DNA of 56,793 nt from a virus. Its lineage: Duplodnaviria; Caudoviricetes. Positions 7,847-15,717 of the stretch are shown in pieces. Position numbers and translations under genes: made by a program. The notes under the pieces are model-generated. The model was not told where the DNA came from and searched no databases. It was given only the letters and a program-made list of their open reading frames with translations. How positions within the stretch are numbered: position 1 is the first letter of the stretch; the number at the start of each line of letters is the position of its first letter. The DNA is taken from positions 1 through 56,793 of IMG/VR virus record IMGVR_UViG_3300042509_002617; one strand, written 5' to 3'.

Positions 7847-8749
7847 ATGTCGGAATTGAAGAGCAACGCGGAAGCGGTCGAGCGGCTGAAGTGGCAGAAG
7901 TTCCCCGTGCTGAACGACGGGTTTGTCTGCCTGGTCGATTGCATGGGCGACGATGCCGCGGTGGTTCAGGCCGCGCGGGTCTCGTACGGCGAGGGGACCC
8001 GGCACACATCAGACGGCGAGACCCTGATTCGCTACCTGATGCGGAATCGGCACACGACCCCCTTTGAGATGGTCGAGCTGAAGTTCCTGGTGCGGGTCCC
8101 GATGGATTGCTGGCGGCAGTGGATTCGGCATCGAACCGCCTCGGTGAACGAGTACAGCACGCGGTATTCGGTGGCGATCGACTCGGCACAGACGACCGAC
8201 CCTCGCGAGTGGCGACAGCAGGCGACGGACAACAAGCAGGGCAGCGGTGAGATGCTGCCCGATGCGGCTGGGCTCTTGCTGACCTTGGAAGAGCAGCATT
8301 TGCAGGAGCAGGCCCGGCAGGTCTACGCGTCGCGTCTGAAAGCGGGGGTGGCCCGCGAACAGGCCCGGAAGGATCTGCCGTTGTCCACGTACACCGAAGC
8401 CTACTGGAAGGTCGACCTGCACAACCTGCTGCATTTCCTCGCCCTGCGGCTGGATGATCACGCGCAGAAAGAGATCCGGTTGTACTCGCAGGCGATCGTT
8501 CAGATCGTCATGCAGTTGTTTCCGGCGGTGTGGCGGGCGTTTGAGGCATACCGACTGCGGTCTATGCAGTTGACGGCTCTGGACATCGGCGTGATTCAAC
8601 GACTGTCTGTGGGGATTCGTGGCTCTGGATTCGGCACGTGGGACGAGGAGGCGTTCGTTCAATGCCAAGACCCGTCATGGGTGGGCCTGGTGCGCTGCCG
8701 GGAGCGTGACGAATGCCGGGAGAAACTCAAGCGGCTCGGTCTGTTGTAA
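7847..8749 (+). CDS. thyX: FAD-dependent thymidylate synthase
   Basis: AARVSY, HTTPFE, RHRTASVNEYSTRY (RHRX7S), AREQAR..LP, HAQKEIR. Confidence 0.95.
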   Translation: MSELKSNAEAVERLKWQKFPVLNDGFVCLVDCMGDDAAVVQAARVSYGEGTRHTSDGETLIRYLMRNRHTTPFEMVELKFLVRVPMDCWRQWIRHRTASVNEYSTRYSVAIDSAQTTDPREWRQQATDNKQGSGEMLPDAAGLLLTLEEQHLQEQARQVYASRLKAGVAREQARKDLPLSTYTEAYWKVDLHNLLHFLALRLDDHAQKEIRLYSQAIVQIVMQLFPAVWRAFEAYRLRSMQLTALDIGVIQRLSVGIRGSGFGTWDEEAFVQCQDPSWVGLVRCRERDECREKLKRLGLL

Positions 8750-8758
8750 CCAGCGAGG

Positions 8759-8876
8759 CGGGCGACACCTGCCCGGGACGATGTGGTGCGACAGCCGGAG
8801 AGACGGCAGCGTACACCTTGAGAGGGCGAAACCTGCCCGCAAACTCATGTGGTTTGACAGCCGGGAGAGACCGGCA
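8759..8876 (+). ncRNA. Two tandem copies of a structured motif (hairpin-pseudoknot plus GAGAGA hairpin)
   Basis: GGGC-GA(C/A)ACCT-GCCC...ATGTGGT..GACA-GCCG(G)-GAGAGA-(C)CGGC-A at 8759-8808 and 8824-8876. Confidence 0.6.
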
Positions 8877-8880
8877 ACAT

Positions 8881-8978
8881 GGGTCGGTAGCTCAGCGGTA
8901 GAGCGAGTCGTGACAGCGGCGTTCCCTGTCTTCAACGCTGCGGTGCACAGGTCGCCGGTTCGAATCCGGCCCGACTCA
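8881..8978 (+). ncRNA. tRNA-like element 3 (canonical acceptor, D and T arms; non-canonical anticodon arm)
   Basis: GGGTCGG/CCGACTC+A; TA-GCTC-AGCGGTA-GAGC; GCCGG-TTCGAAT-CCGGC; central GCGGCGTT/AACGCTGC stem with 10-nt loop. Confidence 0.7.
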
Positions 8979-9009
8979 CTGGTCTCCTTTCCCGGAGTCC
9001 AACGCCTCA

Positions 9010-9057
9010 GTCACGAGAGGAAATCCACCCCAAGCGGCAGGGGTTCGTGACAGCCGC
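9010..9057 (+). ncRNA. Candidate pseudoknotted RNA element
   Basis: GTCACGA/TCGTGAC outer stem, ACCCC/GGGGT inner stem, loop GCGGC pairs with downstream GCCGC. Confidence 0.45.
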
Positions 9058-9061
9058 ATTT

Positions 9062-9129
9062 GCCTCAACGTGGAGTGCAGCCCGGTTGGCCACCGTGGCA
9101 GGCGGCGGGTTCGATTCCCGCCTGAGGCT
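9062..9129 (+). ncRNA. tRNA-like element 4 (minimal)
   Basis: GCCTCA/TGAGGC acceptor; GCGGG-TTCGATT-CCCGC T arm; shrunken interior. Confidence 0.5.
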
Positions 9130-9164
9130 CTGCCGGAATGGTCCGGCTCAATGGAATGGACAGC

Positions 9165-9395
9165 ATGAAGCGACGAACAACCCCGGATCAGCCAAGCGTT
9201 CTGGCTCCACTGGCCCTCAGCACGCGACAGGCAGCGAAGTTGGCGAACGTCGGCACGAGCACCCTGTTGGCGGCGATCGCGGCGGGCCAACTCAGGGCGA
9301 AGTGTCTGGGGAAGACAAAGTTCCTGATCCGGCCAGCGGACCTGGAAGACTGGATCGACAACCTAGAAGACGCGAAGTCATCCGGAGCGAAGTAG
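9165..9395 (+). CDS. HTH_17 excisionase-family DNA-binding protein
   Basis: LSTRQAAKLANVGTSTL..AI.AGQL.A...G....I...DL.DWI. Confidence 0.8.
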   Translation: MKRRTTPDQPSVLAPLALSTRQAAKLANVGTSTLLAAIAAGQLRAKCLGKTKFLIRPADLEDWIDNLEDAKSSGAK

Positions 9396-9405
9396 CTCTG
9401 GCGAA

Positions 9406-9431
9406 GCCGCCACGGAGGGCGGCGTTTTTTT
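9406..9431 (+). terminator. Terminator hairpin with ACGGAG loop upstream of csrA
   Basis: GCCGCC-ACGGAG-GGCGGC-G-T7. Confidence 0.65.
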
Positions 9432-9445
9432 GTGGAGGCGGTGCG

Positions 9446-9643
9446 ATGCTCGTTTTGAAACGGAAGCCCGGCGAAAAGATCCTGGTCGGCGAAATCGCGT
9501 TCGAGATCGTTGAGGTCCGGGGGAACAAGGTGCGGGTGGGGATCACAGCCCCCCGGGAACAGCAGATCCTGCGGGGCGAGCTGGTCACCGGCCCGCCCGC
9601 AGAAAATGCGACCAGTGTTGAAAACACTGGTTCCCGCTGTTGA
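9446..9643 (+). CDS. csrA: Carbon storage regulator CsrA homolog
   Basis: MLVLKRKPGEKILVG...GNKVRVGITAPRE..ILRGEL; GGAGG RBS. Confidence 0.9.
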   Translation: MLVLKRKPGEKILVGEIAFEIVEVRGNKVRVGITAPREQQILRGELVTGPPAENATSVENTGSRC

Positions 9644-9668
9644 CTTCAATTAAACGCCAGCGTACAAT
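9611..9668 (+). promoter_or_regulatory. Operator palindrome plus sigma70 promoter
   Basis: ACCAGTGTT-GAA-AACACTGGT (perfect), 8 nt, TTGACT-17-TACAAT. Confidence 0.8.
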
Positions 9669-9706
9669 TGAGACACAGTCAACGGAACCCCACACGGAGC
9701 AAACTG

Positions 9707-10033
9707 ATGTCGAAATTGACCAAGGAAATCCATGTTGAAGACGGCGACCGCGGTCTGGTGTTCGTGGTCGATGTGACCTACTCGGTCGACTCGGATGGGT
9801 CGGTTGAGGTGCATGCCGCCCGCCCCCTGCGTGGGTATGTGGTGCTGTCGATCATCGACCAACGGGAACGGATGGCACGCGGGCAGGACAAGACCGAGGA
9901 GTTCGAGTTCCCGGTTCCTTGCGATGCGGCGTTCCGCAAGCGGTTCCTGCAGGACTATGAGGCCGACTTGGTCAACGCCATTGACGAGATCCTGACCGAC
10001 AGCCGGGAGTGTGCCAGTGCCCGGGTCTGGTGA
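9707..10033 (+). CDS. Hypothetical protein
   Basis: GGAG RBS; first ORF after the promoter. Confidence 0.6.
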   Translation: MSKLTKEIHVEDGDRGLVFVVDVTYSVDSDGSVEVHAARPLRGYVVLSIIDQRERMARGQDKTEEFEFPVPCDAAFRKRFLQDYEADLVNAIDEILTDSRECASARVW

Positions 10034-10832
10034 CCAGAAGCCGTACCTCTCCCCATCGCAGATCGAAACCTATCTGCGGTGCGGGGAGGCGTACCGGCGG
10101 CGTTATGTCGACGGCGAGCGGATCGCCCCCGGCATCGTCGCGGTTCAGGGCACCGGGGTGCATGTCGGTGCCGAGGTCAATTTCAAACAGAAGATTGGGA
10201 CCGGCTCGGATTTGCCGGTCCGCGACATCATTGACGCCTCGGTCGATGGGTTCGACCGGGGGCTGACCGAGGGCTGGACTGTCGACCCCGAGGGGCCATC
10301 CGTGGGGGATGCTCGTGACGAAGTCGCCAGTCTGGCCACAGTTCTTGCCCAGGAGGTGTGTCCGGCATATCAGCCGACCCATGTCGAGCAGACCGTACGG
10401 ATCGAGTTGCCCGGAGCACACGACATGCTCGGGGTGATCGACCTGGCTGCCGACGGGAAAGTGATCGACCTCAAGACGACTGGAAAGACGATGACCCAAG
10501 GGCAGGTCGACAAGCTGCCCCAGATCACTTTCTACGCTGCTGCACACAAGGTTCTGACTGGGGAGATTGCCAATGAAGTCGTGATCGAGAACTTGGTGAA
10601 AAGCAAAAAGCCGAAGCGGGTTCGGATCGCATCGACCCGCGACAAACGCGACTTCTCGGCGCTGGCGGCCCGAATCAACGCCGTCAGCGCCGGGATTCAA
10701 GCCGGGGTGTTCGTACCGGCCGAGGCTGGATCATGGATGTGCTCGCCCAGGTGGTGCGGGTACTACGACAGTTGCCCCTACGTCAACGGGGCGAAGACCA
10801 CCATCGTTGATCTACACGTACCTGGAGAATGA
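10011..10832 (+). CDS. PD-(D/E)XK RecB/Cas4-like exonuclease
   Basis: LSPSQI..Y.RC, GTGVH, GVID, IDLKT, terminal C..RWC.Y..SC cluster. Confidence 0.85.
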   Translation: MPVPGSGDQKPYLSPSQIETYLRCGEAYRRRYVDGERIAPGIVAVQGTGVHVGAEVNFKQKIGTGSDLPVRDIIDASVDGFDRGLTEGWTVDPEGPSVGDARDEVASLATVLAQEVCPAYQPTHVEQTVRIELPGAHDMLGVIDLAADGKVIDLKTTGKTMTQGQVDKLPQITFYAAAHKVLTGEIANEVVIENLVKSKKPKRVRIASTRDKRDFSALAARINAVSAGIQAGVFVPAEAGSWMCSPRWCGYYDSCPYVNGAKTTIVDLHVPGE

Positions 10833-10833
10833 C

Positions 10834-11772
10834 ATGTCTGTGACTGCTGATGACTTTGTGGGCTCGAATCGGATTGCGGCGGTGAATGGCGGAGGGGCTT
10901 TGTCGCACGGGGCGGACGTGGACGGCCAGCGGTCGATTGCGGAGGTTCAGGCGGCGATGGCTGTCGCCAAGCGGTTCCCCCGCGACACTGTGGCCGCGAT
11001 TGAGCGGATCAAGAACGCTTGTACCCGGCCCCGGTTGGCTGAACAGTCGATGTACTCGTTCTCTCGTGGCGGATCGGACATCACTGGCCCCAGCATTCGG
11101 TTGGCTGAGGCGGTGGCGCAGCAATGGGGCAACGTGCAGTTCGGCATCGTTGAGAAGGAGTCCGGCCAAAAGGAATCTCTGGTCGAGGCGTTCTGCTGGG
11201 ACCTGGAAACCAACGTGCGTGTCTCGAAGGTGTTCTCGGTGCCCCATGTCCGGCACACGAAGCACGGGGCCAAGCCGCTGACCGACCCCCGCGACATCTA
11301 CGAGAACGTGGCCAACAACGGTGCTCGGCGGCTGCGGGCGTGCATCTTGGAAGTCATCCCGGGCGACGTGATCGAGGAGGCGGTCGCCTGCTGTCAGCAG
11401 ACGCTCGAAACGAAGTGTGACGTCGGTCCCGAGGCCCAGAAGAAACTGCTGACGGCGTTCCGGGAGCTGGGGATTTCGCGGGAGCAGATCGAGACCCGCA
11501 TCCAGCGGAAGGTCGAGTCGATCCAGCCCGCCCAGATGGTCCAGTTGCGGAAGATCTTCGCCAGCATCCGCGACGGGATGAGCATTGTCACCGACTGGTT
11601 CGAGGTGAAGCCCGCCGGTGACGGCTCGGGCAGCGGTAAGCCTGACCCGAAGGCCGACCCGACCGCCGACGCCCTGACCAGCGGGAAGGGGGCCGCGCTC
11701 GACCAACGGCCCGGCAAAAAGACCGCCGAGAAGACCCCGGACACTGCGACCAACGAGCCCACGGCGCAGTGA
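10834..11772 (+). CDS. Conserved phage recombination protein (putative single-strand annealing protein)
   Basis: AKRFPRD...YSFSRGG..ITGPSIRLAE...WGN family pattern; follows the exonuclease; function inferred from position. Confidence 0.5.
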   Translation: MSVTADDFVGSNRIAAVNGGGALSHGADVDGQRSIAEVQAAMAVAKRFPRDTVAAIERIKNACTRPRLAEQSMYSFSRGGSDITGPSIRLAEAVAQQWGNVQFGIVEKESGQKESLVEAFCWDLETNVRVSKVFSVPHVRHTKHGAKPLTDPRDIYENVANNGARRLRACILEVIPGDVIEEAVACCQQTLETKCDVGPEAQKKLLTAFRELGISREQIETRIQRKVESIQPAQMVQLRKIFASIRDGMSIVTDWFEVKPAGDGSGSGKPDPKADPTADALTSGKGAALDQRPGKKTAEKTPDTATNEPTAQ

Positions 11773-11880
11773 TCGGCCCGGGCATGCAGGTCGCCCCCCG
11801 GCTGACATACCGGGGGCCGCCGTTCGATCGGTGGATGCCCGTTTGAGTGTGTTCCATCTGTTTCCTTTCTGGAGAGTCTC

Positions 11881-13311
11881 ATGTCGAAAGTCGTTTTGGA
11901 GAATGTCGGCCCGGTCAAGTCGTTCGCGTTCGAGGTGCCCGAAGACGGCGGCATCGTGGTCCTGCGGGGCAGCAACGGGGCGGGCAAGAGCCATGTGCTG
12001 AACGCGGTGCAGTCACTCGTGTCGGGGGACGGATCGGTCCCCCTGCGTGACGGCCAGGCGAAGGGCCGGGTCGAGGGGCTCGGGGCCACGATCAAGTTGG
12101 CGAAGCGGACCACCCGCAGCGGGGCGCTCGAGGTCGAGAGCCTGACCGGGGACGTCGACCCGGCGACCCTGGTGGATCCGGGCATCGACAACCCGGAGCG
12201 GGCCGACGCGGCGCGGATCAAGGCTTTGCTGACCCTCGCGGGGGTTCAGGCCACCCCGGCGGACTTCATCCACAACCAGACGAAGATTGTGTTGCCCGAG
12301 GGCGAGACCGACCCGGTGAAGTTGGCGGGGCTGGCGGCCCGGGAGTACCAGCGGCTGGCGCGGGAGCAAGAGTCGGTGGTCGCGGACCTGGAGCGGCAAC
12401 TTGCCCAGCTCGGAACGGTTGACGTCGACTACAACGGCGAGACCGACCCCGAGGTGCTGGAGGAGCAGTTGATCGCGGCCCGGGCGAGTCTGCATTCCGC
12501 CAAGCAGCGGCAGCAGGATGCCGTTCTGCAGCAGGATGCCTACCTCAAGGCCCAGGCCGAACTGGAGGCGTCGGCGAACGGCATTGAGGAGCGTCTTGCG
12601 GCGGCGGTGGCACGGCGAGACGAAAGCATGTCGCTGTTTCAGCAGATGAACCACAAGGTGCAGGACGCCAAGGCCGCTCTCGCCACTGCGGAAGCACATT
12701 GCAAAGCGGCCGAGACGGAGGCGCTGCAGGCCAACCGCGACTGTGAGGCGGTCAAGCAGGAAGCCGGTCGGTTCGAGTCGCTGCGGGCTACCATTGCCAA
12801 GGGATGCCCCACGGCAATCACTGACGAGTTCGTGCAGTCGTACGAGAATGAGGTCGCGACCTGCCGCGACAACATGGAGAAGGCCGCCTTGGTCCGCAAG
12901 AACGACGAGGTCCGCGAGACGCGGGAGGAGCTGGGGAACGATCTGGCCCGAGCCCGGGGGCAGGCCACCCTCCTGCGGAGCTTCGGCCCCCGGTGCGAAG
13001 AAACCCTGTCACTGATGGTACGGAAGTCCGGCACGGGGCTGTTCGTCGAGGGAGGCCGTCTGCGGATCGCGACCGACCGCGGTCCTGATGAGTTGTTCGG
13101 TGAGTTGAGCCACGGCGAGCGGTGGAAGGCCGCGATTGACGTTTGCGTCAGCAGCGTTGGCAACAAGGCCCTGATCGTGATCCCCCAGGAAGCATGGGAA
13201 GGAATCGACCCGGTAAACCGGACGGAGCTGGCGGAGCACGCCCGCGCCAACCGGGTGACGATCCTGACTGCCGAGTGCGGCAACGGCCCCATCGAGGCGG
13301 AGCAGCTCTGA
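11881..13311 (+). CDS. SMC/Rad50-like ABC ATPase with coiled coil
   Basis: ENVGP, Walker A GSNGAGKS, long coiled coil, signature LSHGE. Confidence 0.8.
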   Translation: MSKVVLENVGPVKSFAFEVPEDGGIVVLRGSNGAGKSHVLNAVQSLVSGDGSVPLRDGQAKGRVEGLGATIKLAKRTTRSGALEVESLTGDVDPATLVDPGIDNPERADAARIKALLTLAGVQATPADFIHNQTKIVLPEGETDPVKLAGLAAREYQRLAREQESVVADLERQLAQLGTVDVDYNGETDPEVLEEQLIAARASLHSAKQRQQDAVLQQDAYLKAQAELEASANGIEERLAAAVARRDESMSLFQQMNHKVQDAKAALATAEAHCKAAETEALQANRDCEAVKQEAGRFESLRATIAKGCPTAITDEFVQSYENEVATCRDNMEKAALVRKNDEVRETREELGNDLARARGQATLLRSFGPRCEETLSLMVRKSGTGLFVEGGRLRIATDRGPDELFGELSHGERWKAAIDVCVSSVGNKALIVIPQEAWEGIDPVNRTELAEHARANRVTILTAECGNGPIEAEQL

Positions 13312-13505
13312 TGAACACGATCGACACGGACTGTCGTGCAGACCTCCGGCGGATCTACCGTGACATCGAATCGCCCCCCCTGCCGAGGCGGGCTCTGGTG
13401 GTTTGCCAGCCCGAAGCGTCAGAGACCGCCCGGCAGGCGTTTGCGGACCTGGTCGATCGTGGCGAGGTGCGGATCATCTTGGACCGCCCCATCGTTTTCG
13501 GCTGA
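13311..13505 (+). CDS. Hypothetical protein
   Basis: Coupled TGATG start. Confidence 0.45.
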   Translation: MNTIDTDCRADLRRIYRDIESPPLPRRALVVCQPEASETARQAFADLVDRGEVRIILDRPIVFG

Positions 13506-13554
13506 CTTTTTTCGACACTGGTCCTACACTGGTGAAACACTGAGACTGGGGTGT

Positions 13555-13643
13555 GTGGTAGCCTCCGGTTCTGACAGCTTGAACAACCTCACGCCACGCG
13601 GATGAACCGGCCTACCACCCGGGGATTCCGCGTGGCGTTTTTT
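13555..13643 (+). promoter_or_regulatory. Structured leader/attenuator upstream of the replication initiator
   Basis: 12-bp stem ACGCCACGCGGA/TCCGCGTGGCGT plus T-tract; competing GTGGTAG..CCGGTTC / GAACCGG.CTACCAC pairing. Confidence 0.55.
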
Positions 13644-13652
13644 CATGCCGAC

Positions 13653-14636
13653 ATGGACGAGCCAAACACAGCAGAGAAGGCGGTCTATCCCAAGCGGCCC
13701 CCGTATTTCGCTCACAAGTTTGTCAGACGGCTGACCAAGAGCTGTGCCGCGTTGGAGATCGGCCCGGAGGCGTGCTGGCTCCTCACTGTGATCGCGTTTC
13801 AGGAAGACTCCTGCCGGTACAGGCGGGCCGTCATGTACTACGACGAGCCTCTGGCGTCTCTGGTGGGGCTCGGCTCGGCCAAGTCGCTGTCGCTGTGTCG
13901 CAAAAAGGCGGTCAGTGCGGGCTGGCTGCATTATGAGCCTGGCCGGAAGCGGGTCGCGGGTCGGTACTGGGTCATGATTCCAGAGCACGCCGAGGTGTTC
14001 GACGACTCTCCGATCGGGGTTGATGATCCGGAGTTTCTCGGCACCCGTGCCGAGAAACCGCCGAGCAAACGCCGAGCACAGGGAGGAGCAACCGCCGAGC
14101 AATGGGAGGAGCAACCGCCGAGCAATGGGGGTCCTTTCATACCTAACCCTATACCTAACCCTAACCCTAAGGGGGGGGAAGCGCGCGCAGAGAGCGCCGA
14201 TCCCGGATTCGATCCGAACCCCCCCCACGATCCTGCGGACGATGTGCGGGTGGAGGCTGACCCGCATTTCGACTGGCTGACCATCGAGCGGGAGTTCCTC
14301 GCGACCTGGAACGCCAGCCCGGACACGTGCAAGTACCCGACGATGCGGAACCACTCGCGGCCCTTCCGTCTGCTCTGGATGGACCCGCAGTGGCAGCTCG
14401 ACTGCTTCACGGCGATCGCGAAGCTGTCGACGGGGTTCTACGCTGGCAAAAAACTCGGACTATCCCAGTTTCTCAAACCTGAATTTGTGACGGAGGTGCT
14501 AGGTGGACGATGGGACAATCACGACGGAACACGCGGTGCCACTGCGGCGCGTCATGCTGGAGGCTCGCGAGAGATTCCGCTCCACCTGCGGCTCGGGGGG
14601 CGAGACCTCAAGCCCGCCGAGGGAGATCCCTTCTGA
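13653..14636 (+). CDS. Phage replication initiator protein
   Basis: N-terminal wHTH-like region, internal iterons, PIPNPNPK linker, directly upstream of a DnaC-like ATPase. Confidence 0.7.
   Translation: MDEPNTAEKAVYPKRPPYFAHKFVRRLTKSCAALEIGPEACWLLTVIAFQEDSCRYRRAVMYYDEPLASLVGLGSAKSLSLCRKKAVSAGWLHYEPGRKRVAGRYWVMIPEHAEVFDDSPIGVDDPEFLGTRAEKPPSKRRAQGGATAEQWEEQPPSNGGPFIPNPIPNPNPKGGEARAESADPGFDPNPPHDPADDVRVEADPHFDWLTIEREFLATWNASPDTCKYPTMRNHSRPFRLLWMDPQWQLDCFTAIAKLSTGFYAGKKLGLSQFLKPEFVTEVLGGRWDNHDGTRGATAARHAGGSREIPLHLRLGGRDLKPAEGDPF
14049..14170. repeat. Iterons / replication origin candidate
   Basis: GCCGAG(C)A cores at 14049, 14060, 14071, 14094 and 14117; 23-bp tandem GGGAGGAGCAACCGCCGAGCAAT; then (C)CTAACC repeats. 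Confidence 0.7.
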
Positions 14637-15198
14637 CTCGCCGGCGGCCCCCGCATGGCCCCTTGGCGTGGCCCAGGCGGTGCCGTCTGGGTCAGACCCC
14701 CAGATCCTCGCCCAGGTCGTGCAGGCGGCCCAGCATGGGCGTTGGCCGATCCTGCTGGCCGGGCCCTGCGGTGTGGGGAAGAGCTGCCTTGCCTGCCTGG
14801 TCGCCAGCCGGATCCCACACTGGCGGTTTGCTGCGGCGAGTGAGCTGGTCGGGTGTGTGAGCCAGGCCCGGTCGAGCGACACACGGACGGTTCTGGTGCG
14901 GACGATGGCGGGAGCCGAGATCGAGCGGAACGAGACTGACCTGATGCGGTGGGTGGAGTCGGCCCCGATTCTGGTGCTCGACGATGTGGGCGTGCGGCCG
15001 ATGACCGCGGTGCAGAGCGACATCCTGCTGAGGGTGCTCGACCTGCGGTTGGGGCGGCCGTTGATCGCGACGACAAACTGCACGGCGATCACGCTGCCGG
15101 AGCTGGTCGGGGAACGGTGTGCGAGTCGGCTCCGCGCGGGGTCGCAGTTTCGGATGAGCGGCGAAGATCGGCGGATCAGCCGAGGGGGTGCGCGATAA
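14503..15198 (+). CDS. DnaC/IstB-like AAA+ helicase loader
   Basis: GPCGVGKS Walker A, LVLDDVG Walker B, TTN, SRL; start may be later. Confidence 0.85.
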   Translation: MDDGTITTEHAVPLRRVMLEARERFRSTCGSGGETSSPPREIPSDSPAAPAWPLGVAQAVPSGSDPQILAQVVQAAQHGRWPILLAGPCGVGKSCLACLVASRIPHWRFAAASELVGCVSQARSSDTRTVLVRTMAGAEIERNETDLMRWVESAPILVLDDVGVRPMTAVQSDILLRVLDLRLGRPLIATTNCTAITLPELVGERCASRLRAGSQFRMSGEDRRISRGGAR

Positions 15199-15651
15199 AT
15201 GAGCACGACACGCAAAGCAGCACCGCGGAAACCCCGCCGCGATGAGCCCCAGGTTCGCGTGACTCTGCACTGGGCGTACTGGCGGTTTCTGTACCGCCAC
15301 TATCGCAAGCTCGACAAGTTCACGCTCCGGGACATCGACCGAGAGCCATTGGCCGAGGTGATGGCCGAGGCGGCAGACCGGGCCGAGAAGGCGATGCGGG
15401 CCGGGGGGACCGAGGAACTGGCGGACCCAGTCGAGGCGATGCGGCGAGAGAAGGCCGGAGAGTTCGGTCCGCAGCACGCGACAGTGTGGGGATCTCCCCA
15501 CGGGTTTGCAGTGCTGACCCAGTGGATGGCCAAAGAGCTGGCGGCGGTTGCCCCCAGCCTCACCAAAAACGCATGGGCCACCTGCGGCATGCTGCTGGTT
15601 CCGCAGCTCGCGGCTCAGGACTCCGGGCGGGGCTTCGAGGAACAGTGTTGA
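15199..15651 (+). CDS. Hypothetical protein
   Basis: Adjacent start in the operon. Confidence 0.55.
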   Translation: MSTTRKAAPRKPRRDEPQVRVTLHWAYWRFLYRHYRKLDKFTLRDIDREPLAEVMAEAADRAEKAMRAGGTEELADPVEAMRREKAGEFGPQHATVWGSPHGFAVLTQWMAKELAAVAPSLTKNAWATCGMLLVPQLAAQDSGRGFEEQC

Positions 15652-15698
15652 AATCACTGGTTCTCGGTGTTGACGGTAACTATTCGCGGGCGTACAAT
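15641..15698 (+). promoter_or_regulatory. Operator palindrome plus sigma70 promoter
   Basis: AACAGTGTT-GAA-ATCACTGGT, 8 nt, TTGACG-17-TACAAT. Confidence 0.8.
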
Positions 15699-15717
15699 TA
15701 GGCCACAGGAGGCGACG

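Noticed and set aside
8881-8978. A functional decoding tRNA or intron-containing tRNA
   Set aside because: No 7-nt anticodon loop could be assigned, the insert is far too short for a group I intron, and I saw no clear bulge-helix-bulge.
8750-9060. Assignment to known ribozyme or riboswitch classes (hammerhead, HDV/theta, twister)
   Set aside because: I could not match the catalytic consensus or strand order by eye, so it is left unassigned pending an Infernal search.
9611-9631. Operator palindromes read as anticodon stem-loops (TT-GAA-AA, TT-GAC-AG, TT-GTC-GT and similar)
   Set aside because: The TT..AA loop edges follow from the palindrome itself. Several copies lie upstream of or over -35 boxes, and half-sites also occur as direct repeats, which fits a DNA site better.
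10011-10832. CRISPR-Cas system (Cas4-like gene)
   Set aside because: No repeat-spacer array or other cas genes; the context is a phage recombination module.
14139-14170. Telomere-like (TAACCC)n repeat
   Set aside because: Only a few units, encoding the PIPNPNPK linker typical of phage initiators.
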